Notes under the pieces: generated by a model | What the model was told of the DNA's origin: nothing | The model's input: the letters and a program-made list of their open reading frames with translations, nothing else | Database searches by the model: none | Origin: an uncultured Gemmatimonadales bacterium | GTDB lineage: Bacteria > Gemmatimonadota > Gemmatimonadetes > Gemmatimonadales > GWC2-71-9 | Length of the DNA stretch: 64,000 nucleotides | Direction of reading: 5' to 3' | NCBI GenBank assembly: GCA_963836815.1 | Contig: CAWILD010000012.1 | Span: forward strand, 205,990-269,989 | Translations under genes and position numbers: made by a program | Shown here: one piece after another, positions 26,448 to 35,795 of the stretch | How the letters are laid out: every line of letters begins with the position of its first letter | Position numbering within the stretch: the stretch's first letter is position 1

Positions 26448-26786
26448 ATGTCCCCCCCGTCATCGGATTGCTGCCAGGTGACCACGACCCTGCCCGATCG
26501 GGCACTCGCCGACCGGGTGGCAGCCGACCTGGTGGGCGGGCGGCTCGCCGCCTGCGCCCAGGTGATCGGCCCCATGACCAGTACGTACCGCTGGGAAGGT
26601 CGGATGGAGACGGCGGAGGAGTGGTACTGCTTCCTGAAGACGACCGAGGGCCGGCTGCCCGAGCTGCGGGCCCGGCTCCGGGAGCTTCACCCGTACGAGG
26701 TCCCCGAGATCATCGCTGTGCCGATCGCCGATGGGGATCCGGCCTATCTGCGCTGGATCCGGGAGTCGGTCGGGACGCTTCGGTGA
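26448..26786 (+). CDS. cutA: divalent-cation tolerance protein CutA
   Basis: 112 aa: RLAACAQVIGPMTSTYRWEGRMETAEEWYCFLKT...HPYEVPEIIAV. Confidence 0.9.
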   Translation: MSPPSSDCCQVTTTLPDRALADRVAADLVGGRLAACAQVIGPMTSTYRWEGRMETAEEWYCFLKTTEGRLPELRARLRELHPYEVPEIIAVPIADGDPAYLRWIRESVGTLR

Positions 26787-27792
26787 GTCGCTCGAGAAAG
26801 CCCACGATCTCGGACAATGGCAGGAGGTGGGCGGCCCCTCCCCGGCTCCAGGCCGCCCGGGGCATCCCGTAGACCACGCAGCTCTCCTCGCTTTCGGCGA
26901 TCGTCACCCCGCCGCCGGCCCTGAGGGCGACCATCCCGTCGGCCCCGTCCTCCCCCATGCCGGTGAGCAGGATCCCCAGCACCCGTCCGGGACGGGCCCG
27001 CGCCGCGGTCTTCATCGTCAGGTCGATGCTGGGGATGTGCTTTGCGTCTGCCGGCTCCGCCGAGAGGAGGAGCGACAGACTCGGGGTGATCCGCAGATGG
27101 CGTCCCGCGGCCGCGATACGCACCCGGCCGGGCACCAGCTTCTCGCCTTCCGCCGCCTCGGCCACGTCGAGACGACAGAGCGCGTCCAGCCGCTGAGCGA
27201 ACGGAAGGGTGAATCCCACCGGCATGTGCTGAACCACGACGATGGGCATGGGGAAGGACGATGGCAGGCGCTCCAGGATTCGCTGGAGCGCCGCGGGCCC
27301 GCCGGTGGACGCACCGATGACACAGAGGTCGCAGTGCGCGGCGATGGCGGGGTCCAGCGTCGGCCCCGAGCGGCGCGCCCGGACCGGCGCCGGCGCCACC
27401 GGACCCGAGCAGGAGACGATCTTCTGCAGGACCTCCCGCCGCAGAGTCTCGAGGTCCATCACGTTGAAGCTGGACTTGTCGATGAACTCGACCGCTCCGG
27501 CCGCGAGCGCCTCCACGGTGGCCTCGGCCCCCTGGCGGGTGTGGGCCGACAACATGATGACCTTCAGCCCCGGGTTCCAGCGCAGCAGCCCGCGCAGGAC
27601 CTGGATGCCGTCCACCCCCGGCATCGCCACGTCGAGCGTGACGAGGTCGGGATCCAGACGCGGAATGCGCTCGAGGGCCTCGAGCCCGTTCGCGGCCTCG
27701 CCTACCACCCGGTAGCCCGGCTGCGCATCCAGGATGCGGGCGAGGGCCCGGCGCACGAAGGCGGAATCATCCACGACGAAAACGCGAATCAT
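26710..27792 (-). CDS. cheB: chemotaxis response regulator protein-glutamate methylesterase CheB
   Basis: MIRVFVVDDSAFVRR...LDVAMPGVDG (REC) followed by GASTGGP, VVQHMP and TGMGEDG (esterase catalytic motifs). ATGA overlap with cheR. The 3' end overlaps convergent cutA by 77 nt. Confidence 0.9.
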   Translation of the reverse strand: MIRVFVVDDSAFVRRALARILDAQPGYRVVGEAANGLEALERIPRLDPDLVTLDVAMPGVDGIQVLRGLLRWNPGLKVIMLSAHTRQGAEATVEALAAGAVEFIDKSSFNVMDLETLRREVLQKIVSCSGPVAPAPVRARRSGPTLDPAIAAHCDLCVIGASTGGPAALQRILERLPSSFPMPIVVVQHMPVGFTLPFAQRLDALCRLDVAEAAEGEKLVPGRVRIAAAGRHLRITPSLSLLLSAEPADAKHIPSIDLTMKTAARARPGRVLGILLTGMGEDGADGMVALRAGGGVTIAESEESCVVYGMPRAAWSRGGAAHLLPLSEIVGFLERLTEASRPTPGSSADRPDPHRRSAQR

Positions 27793-28625
27793 GATGCGGG
27801 TATTCCCTTGCGGTAGATCACACCGTTGCCGAAGGACACGGGCAGGAAGTCGCTCACCCGGTCGAGCAGGGACTCCGAATGCCCGAGGAGGAGGTAGCCG
27901 CCCGGAGCCAGGGAACGGGCGAAGAGACTGATGACGCCGTCGAATGCCTCCTCGCCGAAGTAGATCAGCATGTTGCGGCAGAAGATGGCGTCGTAGGTCC
28001 CCCAGCCGAACACTCCGTTCGGCGCCAGCAGGTTGGCCTCGAAGAAGCGCACGCCCTTCCGATAGCGCTCGCGCAGCTCGTACTTGCCACCGACTTCCCG
28101 GAAGTACCGTCGCCTGGTCTCGTCGTCGCAGGCCCGAAGCGATCCGGCATCGTACGACGCCTTGCGTGCCTGGGCGATCCGCTCCGGATTGAGATCGCAG
28201 GCGTCGATCTCCCAGCGCACGCCGGCGAGCTCGAGCCCTCCGTTCTGGAGCGCGATGACCATCGAATAGGCCTCCTCGCCGGAGGAGCACGCGGCGGAAA
28301 GCAGTCTGAGCGGCCGCGAGCGCAACGCGGGCCGGAGCTCGGGCACGATCTGGCGCACCAGGAGATCGAAATGGTGCGCCTCGCGGAAGAAGTAGGTCTC
28401 GTTGTTGGTGATGAGCGGCGTGAGGCGGACGAACTCGGATTCGCGCTCGGGATGGAACCGGAGGAACTGGTAGTAATCGCGTAGCGACTGGAGGTGCAGC
28501 TCACGCAGCCGCGGCTGCAGCCGCGACTCGAGGATCTCGCAACGAATGCCGTCGAAGGTGAGGCCGAAGCGATCCTGGATCAGGTCCGTCAGCAGCTTCC
28601 ATTCCGCGGCCTCGAACCGGCTCAT
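27789..28625 (-). CDS. cheR: chemotaxis protein methyltransferase CheR
   Basis: 278 aa: ETYFFREAHHFD, LLSAACSSGEEAYS, IFCRNMLIYF. Confidence 0.9.
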   Translation of the reverse strand: MSRFEAAEWKLLTDLIQDRFGLTFDGIRCEILESRLQPRLRELHLQSLRDYYQFLRFHPERESEFVRLTPLITNNETYFFREAHHFDLLVRQIVPELRPALRSRPLRLLSAACSSGEEAYSMVIALQNGGLELAGVRWEIDACDLNPERIAQARKASYDAGSLRACDDETRRRYFREVGGKYELRERYRKGVRFFEANLLAPNGVFGWGTYDAIFCRNMLIYFGEEAFDGVISLFARSLAPGGYLLLGHSESLLDRVSDFLPVSFGNGVIYRKGIPAS

Positions 28626-30598
28626 GCCGGAATCGCGGCCGCGGGCAGGGCGTCGAGCGCCTTGCGTGCAGTCCGGGCCACCACCGGCTCCACGTCACGC
28701 ACCAGGGTGAGCAGCGGCGGGCGGCATTCGGGAAGGGCCAGCATCCCGAGCCCCCGGGCCGCCTCGTTCCGCACGTTCCAGTCGCTGTCGCTCGCCAGCG
28801 TGAGCAGCATCGGGAGCAGGGCGGGGCTCGCCAGCTCGGCCAGTCCGCTCGCGGCGACGCGGCGCAGCTCGGTTTCCTGCTCTTCGAGCAGGATCAGCAG
28901 GAAATCTCCGAGATCCGGTGGCGCGATGCGGATGAGCGCGGTGACGATCTCGAGCCGCTCGTGCAGGCTGCATTCGGGGTACAGGGCCCTGAGCTTCGCG
29001 GCGGCAGCCGTCGCCCGCAGATGTCCCAGGGCTCGAATGACGTGATAGCGAAGTGAGTCTCCGGTGCCGAGCAGGGCTGCGAGGGTGGCCGTCGTGCGCT
29101 CGCCTCCGCGCCGCACCAGAAGCTCGAGCGCCTCCAGCTGAACCGGCTGGTTTCTGTCGGCCAGCGCCCGGATGAGGGCCACCTCGGCACGCGATCCCTC
29201 GAGGTGGGCCGCGGCCCGGAGCGCGGCCCGGCGCAGGGGCACCGATCGACTCGCGGCGAACTCCAGAATCCTGCCCTCGAAGAGCGCATGCGGCCGCGCC
29301 GCCAGCACGTCGAGCGCGCGGATGGTTATCCCCTCGTCTGCGCCGCTCTCGAGGCAAGGCTCCAGCTCGCGGAGAGTCGCCAACGGGAGGAAGGTGAGTC
29401 CGTGGACTGCCGCCGCCTGCTCGATCGGCTCACCGGAGCGGAGCCGTTCGGTCAGCAGGGGTGCCACCGACTCGGCACGGGTCGAGCCGAGAGCGCGGCA
29501 GGCGCCGGCCCGGACGGACGCATCGGGATCGCCCAGAAGACCGAGCAAGGTCGGCAAATCGTCCAGCTCGAACGTCCCGGCGAGGAGCGCGCCTCGCCGC
29601 ACCCGCGGATCCTCGTCATGAAGCCACTGCTCCTGTGACCCGCGCATCACCTCGGGATGCTGATGGAGCAGTGCCTCGGCCCACGGCGCACCGCTGGGGT
29701 CGGCGACGCGCTGGAGCACCGGCGGGAGCAGCGGCTCCAGCCGCGCCACCACGACCAGCGCGACCGCGGCGCGAAGCAGATCGCCCTCGCCGCTTTGAAG
29801 CACCTGCTGCAGGTACGACACGAGCCCGCCGCCGTGGCCCAGAGCCAGCTCGTGGCTCAATCGCGCGGCGGCGGGAACGGGATCCGGATGCAGGTCCATC
29901 ACGACCCCTACCGCGAGCAGCAGAGCGTCACGCAGAGATTGCTCCCGCACGATCGCCAGCCGGTCCAGCAACGGCTCGAGCGACTCCGGCGCGGCGAGGC
30001 GCTGGAGGGCCTGAAGCGCGGGTTCGGCGACGACCGAGTCCGGCACCAGGTCCACCAGCGGCTTCACCGCTCGCGGATCCCCGATGGCACCCAAGGCGTC
30101 GATCGCCGCGAGCTGAAGCCAGAGCTCTCCCCCGAGCAGCTCGAGCAGGGCCGGGACCGCCCCGCCGCTCCGGAGCTGCCCCAGCGCCTCGATCGCGGAT
30201 TGGGCGACGTTGAGATTGGAGTGGCGGGCCAGGGGGACGATCGCGGCGGTCGCGGCCGGGTCGCCGATCCGGGACAATACCTGCAGGGCGAACATCACGA
30301 TGTCCGGATTATCGTGGCGCAGCATCGCCTGCAAGTGCGGCAGAGCGTAGGGCCCCTGGCGCTCGAGCGCGGTGATGGCGGCGTTGCGGCGGACCGCGTT
30401 CGCCTCGTCGGCGACGAGCTCCCCGAGCACCGCCGGCTCGACATACCGCGCCGCCAGACGGATCGCCCGCTCGCGAACCGCCGGCGCATCGTCGTCCAGC
30501 GCGGCGAGGATCGCTTCCTGGCGCTCCTCTCCGTCGATCAATGCATTCAGCGCGGCGATGCGGGTGGCGACCGACGGCCGCGCGCTGGGTGCGGACAT
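28622..30598 (-). CDS. HEAT-repeat (PBS-lyase-like) protein embedded in the che operon
   Basis: 658 aa with at least 12 repeats of the type D.....VR..A..ALG..G...A...L..LL. Start and stop are coupled to the neighbouring genes. Confidence 0.85.
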   Translation of the reverse strand: MSAPSARPSVATRIAALNALIDGEERQEAILAALDDDAPAVRERAIRLAARYVEPAVLGELVADEANAVRRNAAITALERQGPYALPHLQAMLRHDNPDIVMFALQVLSRIGDPAATAAIVPLARHSNLNVAQSAIEALGQLRSGGAVPALLELLGGELWLQLAAIDALGAIGDPRAVKPLVDLVPDSVVAEPALQALQRLAAPESLEPLLDRLAIVREQSLRDALLLAVGVVMDLHPDPVPAAARLSHELALGHGGGLVSYLQQVLQSGEGDLLRAAVALVVVARLEPLLPPVLQRVADPSGAPWAEALLHQHPEVMRGSQEQWLHDEDPRVRRGALLAGTFELDDLPTLLGLLGDPDASVRAGACRALGSTRAESVAPLLTERLRSGEPIEQAAAVHGLTFLPLATLRELEPCLESGADEGITIRALDVLAARPHALFEGRILEFAASRSVPLRRAALRAAAHLEGSRAEVALIRALADRNQPVQLEALELLVRRGGERTTATLAALLGTGDSLRYHVIRALGHLRATAAAAKLRALYPECSLHERLEIVTALIRIAPPDLGDFLLILLEEQETELRRVAASGLAELASPALLPMLLTLASDSDWNVRNEAARGLGMLALPECRPPLLTLVRDVEPVVARTARKALDALPAAAIPA

Positions 30599-30608
30599 GA
30601 TGTCTCCT

Positions 30609-32105
30609 TCAGACCTGGAACTGCTCGACCCGTTGACGCAGTGAGTCCGACTCCCCCGCTAGGCTCTTGGCGGCGGCGTTCATCTGCTCCACCGCCGCGA
30701 GGTTCTGGCGCGAGACCAGCGCAATCGCCTCGACCGCCTTGACCACCATCTCACCGCCGCGCTTCTGCTCGCCCACGGCTTCCGACATCTGATGAGTCAG
30801 GTGGTTCATCTTCTGCGCGGCCTGGCTGATCTCCTGGGCGCCGCACGCATTCTCCCGGATGGAGCCCGCGATCTGCCGGGTGAGGGTGGCCATCTGGCCC
30901 ACCGTCTCCAGGACCTCCCGGGCGTCCTCCGCCTGCGCGTCCGCCGACCGCGCCGCCTCGGCCACCAGGCCCGACGTCGTGCCGATCGAGCCCACGATCC
31001 CGGCGAGCACGTGCTCCATGAGCGATACGGCGTGCCGGGTGTCCTTCTGGACCGACTCGATGACCTCGCCGATCTCCTGGGTCGCCTGCACCGATCGCTC
31101 GGCGAGGCGGCGGACCTCGTCGGCCACCACGGCGAAGCCCTTGCCGGCATCGCCCGCCCGGGCCGCCTCGATCGCGGCGTTGAGGGCGAGCAGGTTGGTC
31201 TGGTCGGCGATCCCTTCGATCACCTTGACGATCTTGCCGATCTCCTCGGAGCGCTCCCCGATCGAGCCGATGGACTCCTGCAGCTTCGCGCCGTTCTGGC
31301 GGCTGTCGGCCACCGACTGCTGACTCACCTCGTCCACCTTGTGCACCCGCGCCGCGATCGCGCCGACGTTCTCGATCATCGTGCCCAGGGTACCCGTCGC
31401 TTCCTCCACCGCGCGGAGGAGCACCTCGCCGTTCTGCGCGGTCTGGTTAAGCGTCGCGCTCATCTGCTGGATCGAGGCGGACGTCTGATCCACGTTGGCG
31501 GCCAGCGCCTCGGCGTTCTTCGCCAGGTGCTGCATCTGGGAGGCGATCTCGACCATGGTGGACGAGGTCTCCTCGGTGCTGCTGGACTGGGTCTCCGCGC
31601 CCTTGGCCATCTGAGTGGAGGAAGCCGAGATCTCCTCGGCGGAAGTGGCGACCGCGCGGGAGGAGACCGTGATCTGGGTGACCATCTGCCGGAGGTTCTT
31701 CACCATCTGGCGCATCGAGTGCTCCAGCCAGCCGATTTCGTCCCGAGACTGGCTCTTGATCTCCGCGGTCAGATCGCCCTTGGACACCTGCTCGGCGAGA
31801 ATGCCCAGCCGGGTGAGCGGATCGGCGATGAGCCGGGCCAGGGCGAGGGCGGTCACCAGTCCGATCGTGATCGTCAGCAGCAGGGTGCCGACGATCATCA
31901 GCCGCGAGTCCTGGAAGAGCTGGTCCGCGGCGCTGGCGGGCAGCTCGCCCTGGACGATCCGGGCGGCGGCGATGTTCATCCGGTCGAGACTCCGCAGCGC
32001 GAACCAACCGAGCAGCGCGGTCAGCAGCATCACGATGGAGAAGCCGGTGAGGATCTTCCGCCGGATCGTCCAGTCCTTGATGGTCTGCTCCAGGTTACCC
32101 ACCAT
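30609..32105 (-). CDS. methyl-accepting chemotaxis protein (two TM segments, about 35-aa loop, HAMP, MA domain)
   Basis: ATG at 32105 ([12 protein letters not shown]...). Signalling hairpin [40 protein letters not shown]. The upstream 190 codons of track ORF 30609..32687 are an alternate frame of cheW. Confidence 0.9.
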   Translation of the reverse strand: MVGNLEQTIKDWTIRRKILTGFSIVMLLTALLGWFALRSLDRMNIAAARIVQGELPASAADQLFQDSRLMIVGTLLLTITIGLVTALALARLIADPLTRLGILAEQVSKGDLTAEIKSQSRDEIGWLEHSMRQMVKNLRQMVTQITVSSRAVATSAEEISASSTQMAKGAETQSSSTEETSSTMVEIASQMQHLAKNAEALAANVDQTSASIQQMSATLNQTAQNGEVLLRAVEEATGTLGTMIENVGAIAARVHKVDEVSQQSVADSRQNGAKLQESIGSIGERSEEIGKIVKVIEGIADQTNLLALNAAIEAARAGDAGKGFAVVADEVRRLAERSVQATQEIGEVIESVQKDTRHAVSLMEHVLAGIVGSIGTTSGLVAEAARSADAQAEDAREVLETVGQMATLTRQIAGSIRENACGAQEISQAAQKMNHLTHQMSEAVGEQKRGGEMVVKAVEAIALVSRQNLAAVEQMNAAAKSLAGESDSLRQRVEQFQV

Positions 32106-32122
32106 GTCGTCCCCTTGGTTGG

Positions 32123-32626
32123 CTACGCTTGCAGCAGGAGCACCTTCTCCAGCTCCAGCAGGATGATGAGGCGCCCGCTCCAGTGCGCGACGCCGTTGAT
32201 GTAGTCCGTCTGCGGCGACAGCACCTCGTCGGGTGGAGGTGTCACCGTGTCCAGCGGGACCTTCGCCACCTGCAGCACGGCATCCACCAGGATCCCGAGC
32301 ACGCGGTCGTGCACATCGACGACGATGATGCGAGATCGCGGCGTCACCACGGCCGGCTCGAGGCCGAGACGGGAGCGGATCTCCACGACGGGCAGGATCC
32401 GGCCGCGAAGGTTGGTCACCCCACGGACGTGGGCGGGCGACTGCGGCACCCGGGTGATCTCCGTCACTCGGATCACCTCGCGAACCTGCCCGACCTTGAT
32501 CCCGTATTCCTCCCGGTCGAGGCCGAAGGTGATGAGGTGGAGCTCGCCGCCGGGCATCGGCGCGGGGGCCGGTGCGGTCTCGCGATTCACCGTGTCCGCG
32601 AAGCGGAGCAGTCCGTCGCGGCTCAC
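32123..32626 (-). CDS. cheW: chemotaxis coupling protein CheW
   Basis: 167 aa: [21 protein letters not shown]...[15 protein letters not shown]. Confidence 0.9.
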   Translation of the reverse strand: MSRDGLLRFADTVNRETAPAPAPMPGGELHLITFGLDREEYGIKVGQVREVIRVTEITRVPQSPAHVRGVTNLRGRILPVVEIRSRLGLEPAVVTPRSRIIVVDVHDRVLGILVDAVLQVAKVPLDTVTPPPDEVLSPQTDYINGVAHWSGRLIILLELEKVLLLQA

Positions 32627-34272
32627 GCCGGGATCCTCTGGTCGAGAATGCGCACCGCGTCGAGGATGCAGGCGACGCGGCCGTCACCGAGGATCGTGGT
32701 GCCGGACACGACCTCGGGCCGGCCCAGCGTCGGGTCCAACCCCTTCACTACGACGTCCTGATGTCCGACGAGGCGGTCCACCATGACTCCCCTCCGCTTG
32801 CCACCCGAGCTGATGACGATGAAGAAGCGCCGCGCCTTAGTGGGACTCGAGGCAGTTCCCAGCAGCGCGCCGCCGTCCGAGACGTGAATGAGGTCGCCGC
32901 GCCAGAGCGCGACGCCGCGGCGGTTGATCTCGTGGATGGCCTCGGGCTCGGCCCGCACGGTTTCGGCCACGTGCGAGATCGGCACCGCGTACCGCTCCTG
33001 GTCCACCTCGACGATGAGCGAGCGGACGATCGCGAGCGTGAGCGGCAGATTGAGCACGAAGGTCACCCCGCGTCCCGGCTGGCTCTCGACGTCGATCGTG
33101 CCGCCCAGCCCGCGGATCGATGTCGCCACCACATCGAGCCCGACCCCCCGGCCGGCGAGCTGGGACACCTCGGCGGCGGTGGAGAACCCGGGCAGGAAGA
33201 TCAGCGACCGGATCTGCTCCGGATCGGCCGAGCGGACCTCGAGTCCGAGCGCCTCCGCCTTGGCGAGGATCCTGGCCTCGTCGAGTCCGCGTCCGTCATC
33301 GCTCAGCCGGATCACCACCCGGCCCGAGTGGGACACGGCGGACAGCTCGAGCGCCGCCTCCGGCGGCTTGCCGCCCGCGCGCCGCTCCTCGGGCGTCTCG
33401 ATGCCGTGCACCACGGCGTTGTTCAGCAGGTGGAGGAGCGGCTCGCCGAGACGGTCCAGCACCGCCTTGTCGAGCGCCGTCTCGCCGCCGGACACCGCCA
33501 GGCGCACCCGCTTCCCCTCCCCGTGCGCGATGTCGCGCAGCAGCCGGGGGAAGCGGCCGAACACGGTCGAGATCGGCAGCAGGCGGATACCCATGACGAC
33601 CGCCTCCAGCCGCTTCATGGTCTTTTCCAGCGCGACGATGGTGCGATCGAGATCGCCGAGCCCTTCGACCGCCTCGCTGCGCCGCGCCACCCGGCGATAG
33701 GCCTCCACCAGCGCCGAGTGCTCGATCAGCCCTTCGCCCAGGACCTCGAGCAGGGTGTCCAGCCGGCGGAAGTCCACCCGCACCACGCTGCCCGATGGCT
33801 CCGCTCCAGGCTCGGCCGTGCCGCGGCGGTCTCCCCGCCGCCGGTCCACCGTTGCGGCCGACTCGCTTGCCCGGGACTCCAGTGCCCGCACCTGGGCCAC
33901 GAACTCACGGGTGCGGCGGCGGTCACCACCTTTCGCGGCGGCCCGGACCTGCTCCACCAGGAGGCTTCCGCCGGCGACGAGCAACGCAGCGGTCTGCTCC
34001 GTCTGGAGCTCGGCGTCGCGGCCAAGGAGGGCGCAGACGTCCTCCAGGGCGTGGGCCAGCTCCTGCATCGGGGCCAGCCCCATCATCGCGGAATTGCCTT
34101 TCACCGTGTGCAGCGTGCCTTTCACCGACCCGAGCAGGTCGTCGGCGACGGATCCCGCGTGCCAGCGGCGCTCCAGCTCGACGAACGTGTCGGCCACCCG
34201 CTCGGCGAGCGGGAGGCACTCGACGACGTAGTCGTCGATGAGCTCCTTGAACGCGTTGTCTTCCTGGGTCAC
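32623..34272 (-). CDS. cheA: chemotaxis histidine kinase CheA (Hpt-dimerisation-HATPase-CheW-like; no P2, no REC)
   Basis: 549 aa with the Hpt motif [14 protein letters not shown]-box [13 protein letters not shown]-boxes DDGRGLD and GRGVGLDVV, and a C-terminal CheW-like domain. Confidence 0.9.
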   Translation of the reverse strand: MTQEDNAFKELIDDYVVECLPLAERVADTFVELERRWHAGSVADDLLGSVKGTLHTVKGNSAMMGLAPMQELAHALEDVCALLGRDAELQTEQTAALLVAGGSLLVEQVRAAAKGGDRRRTREFVAQVRALESRASESAATVDRRRGDRRGTAEPGAEPSGSVVRVDFRRLDTLLEVLGEGLIEHSALVEAYRRVARRSEAVEGLGDLDRTIVALEKTMKRLEAVVMGIRLLPISTVFGRFPRLLRDIAHGEGKRVRLAVSGGETALDKAVLDRLGEPLLHLLNNAVVHGIETPEERRAGGKPPEAALELSAVSHSGRVVIRLSDDGRGLDEARILAKAEALGLEVRSADPEQIRSLIFLPGFSTAAEVSQLAGRGVGLDVVATSIRGLGGTIDVESQPGRGVTFVLNLPLTLAIVRSLIVEVDQERYAVPISHVAETVRAEPEAIHEINRRGVALWRGDLIHVSDGGALLGTASSPTKARRFFIVISSGGKRRGVMVDRLVGHQDVVVKGLDPTLGRPEVVSGTTILGDGRVACILDAVRILDQRIPA

Positions 34273-34667
34273 GCCGAGGCGGCCCGGCTGTCGGAGAGGG
34301 CACGCGCGACGATCCGCTCCACGTCGGCTGGCTGGAACGGCTTCCGCAGGTAGTCCCAGGCCCCGGCGTCACGGCCGCGCCTCTCGTCCTCCTTCGTGCC
34401 CTCGGTCGTCACCAGGACGATGGGGATGTGCGGATGCAGGCGCTCGGCCCGGCGGCGCTGGAGGAACTCCAGGCCGTTCATCTCCGGCATGTTGAGATCG
34501 AGAAAGACCAGCGAGAGCTCGGGATGCTCCGCCAGCATCGTGTAGCCTTCGCGCCCGTTGGTGGCGTGGTAGACCGTGCTGCCGGCAAGACTGCCGCGGG
34601 AGAAGACCAGCTTGTACATCTGGTGGTGCAGCTTCGAGTCGTCGACGACCAGAAAGGAGTTCGGCAT
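34269..34667 (-). CDS. CheY-like response regulator
   Basis: 132 aa: FLVVDDS...LVFLDLNMPEMNG...LRKPF. Confidence 0.85.
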   Translation of the reverse strand: MPNSFLVVDDSKLHHQMYKLVFSRGSLAGSTVYHATNGREGYTMLAEHPELSLVFLDLNMPEMNGLEFLQRRRAERLHPHIPIVLVTTEGTKEDERRGRDAGAWDYLRKPFQPADVERIVARALSDSRAASA

Positions 34668-34668
34668 C

Positions 34669-35049
34669 TCAGAGCCTCGGATCGTGGAGGACGGACTGTA
34701 CGACGGCCCGGAGCTCCTGCGGCTTCCAGGGCTTCTTCACCACGGCGGCGACGCCGAGGTCTCGAGCCTCCCGCAGGAGCTCCGAGCTGTCCGGCTCCAC
34801 CGTCGTCAGGATGATCGGGATTTCGCGGAAGCGCCCGGTCCGCCGAACGGCGCGGATGAACTCCACGCCGTCCATGTCCGGCATACGGAGATCGAGGAGA
34901 ATGAGGTCGAACGGACGCGGCTCGGCCGTGAGCGCCGCGAGCGCCTTGCGGCCGTCCTCGGCCGTAACGAGGTCATGCTCCCGCTTCGAGAAGGCCAACC
35001 CGTACATCTTCCGCACGAGCGGAGAGTCTTCGACGATCAGAACGTTCAC
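34669..35049 (-). CDS. CheY-like response regulator (first gene of the che operon)
   Basis: 126 aa: VLIVEDSP...LILLDLRMPDMDG...VKKPW. Confidence 0.85.
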   Translation of the reverse strand: MNVLIVEDSPLVRKMYGLAFSKREHDLVTAEDGRKALAALTAEPRPFDLILLDLRMPDMDGVEFIRAVRRTGRFREIPIILTTVEPDSSELLREARDLGVAAVVKKPWKPQELRAVVQSVLHDPRL

Positions 35050-35233
35050 CCAAGCCTCTTCGCGCGATTTTTCTAGGGGATGGCGCGCCTAGGGGCAAAA
35101 GGTGAGCCGGATGTAACGGCGAGCTGTAAGTCGAGATATGAGAGGAAGGTACGGACCTGGCGGCGGCGACACGTCACGGCTTGTCGCCGTCTTGTTCAAT
35201 GCTCGTGGGGTATCTGCAAGGTTCGACGGAGAG

Positions 35234-35464
35234 TCAGATCTCCTGGGAAATGCGCGCGCGCAGCCGGATCCTGAGGATCTCGGAGGCGCCGGCCTGAGAG
35301 CGGTGTGCGCGGCGGAGGAGCCGTAGAAACTCCGTGCAGCAGCGGCAGACGGGGCCACAGCCTCCGCAGCCGCCCAGATGCGCCCGAACGGCAGCAGCCT
35401 CTTCCGGCGGAAGGGCACTGTCCAGATATTCCCACAGCCGGCGCTCGATCTCGGCGCAGTTCAT
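35234..35464 (-). CDS. zinc-binding (ZAS-type) anti-sigma factor, RsrA-like, no adjacent sigma gene
   Basis: MNCAEIERRLWEYLDSALPPEEAAAVRAHLGGCGGCGPVCRCCTEFLR with the H-x3-C-x2-C motif. Internal ATG of the 94-aa track ORF. Confidence 0.65.
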   Translation of the reverse strand: MNCAEIERRLWEYLDSALPPEEAAAVRAHLGGCGGCGPVCRCCTEFLRLLRRAHRSQAGASEILRIRLRARISQEI

Positions 35465-35522
35465 CGGTTGCCCCATACTTCCCAGCAGAACAGAGACTCC
35501 CACGCCGAGGTTCCGCACCCCG

Positions 35523-35795
35523 ATGACCGCCCGCGCCCGCGCTCTGACGATCGTCGCCGTCCTGGGATTCGTCGCCTACCTGCTCTGGGGCACGCTGGCC
35601 TCGCAGCGCGTGGAGTGCACGGTGACCGTAGAGTTCCGCGGGGATCGCCGCACGGCGACGGCGTCGGCGGCATCGGAGGACGGGGCGTCCGAGCAGGCCC
35701 AGACCGCGGCCTGCGGCCCGATGGCGAGGGGCATGGACGAGAGCATCGCCTGTTCCCGCGTGGCGCCGGTCGCCCGTCAGTGCCGCACGCTGTGA
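35523..35795 (+). CDS. hypothetical small membrane-anchored protein
   Basis: MTARARALTIVAVLGFVAYLLWGTLASQRVECTV... Its stop overlaps the GTG of the next gene (GTGA). Confidence 0.45.
   Translation: MTARARALTIVAVLGFVAYLLWGTLASQRVECTVTVEFRGDRRTATASAASEDGASEQAQTAACGPMARGMDESIACSRVAPVARQCRTL

Noticed and set aside
26710-26786. The 77-nt convergent overlap of cheB and cutA as another hidden frameshift
   Set aside because: I translated the other two frames of the cheB 3' end. Neither gives a more CheB-like C-terminus or an earlier plausible stop, so I keep the ORF as given, although the true stop remains somewhat uncertain.
35160-35190. Hairpin CGGCGACA-10 nt-TGTCGCCG as the terminator of the anti-sigma gene
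   Set aside because: It has no U-tract in the minus-strand orientation, and the only T-rich flank is on the plus strand, where no gene ends. I have left it unannotated.
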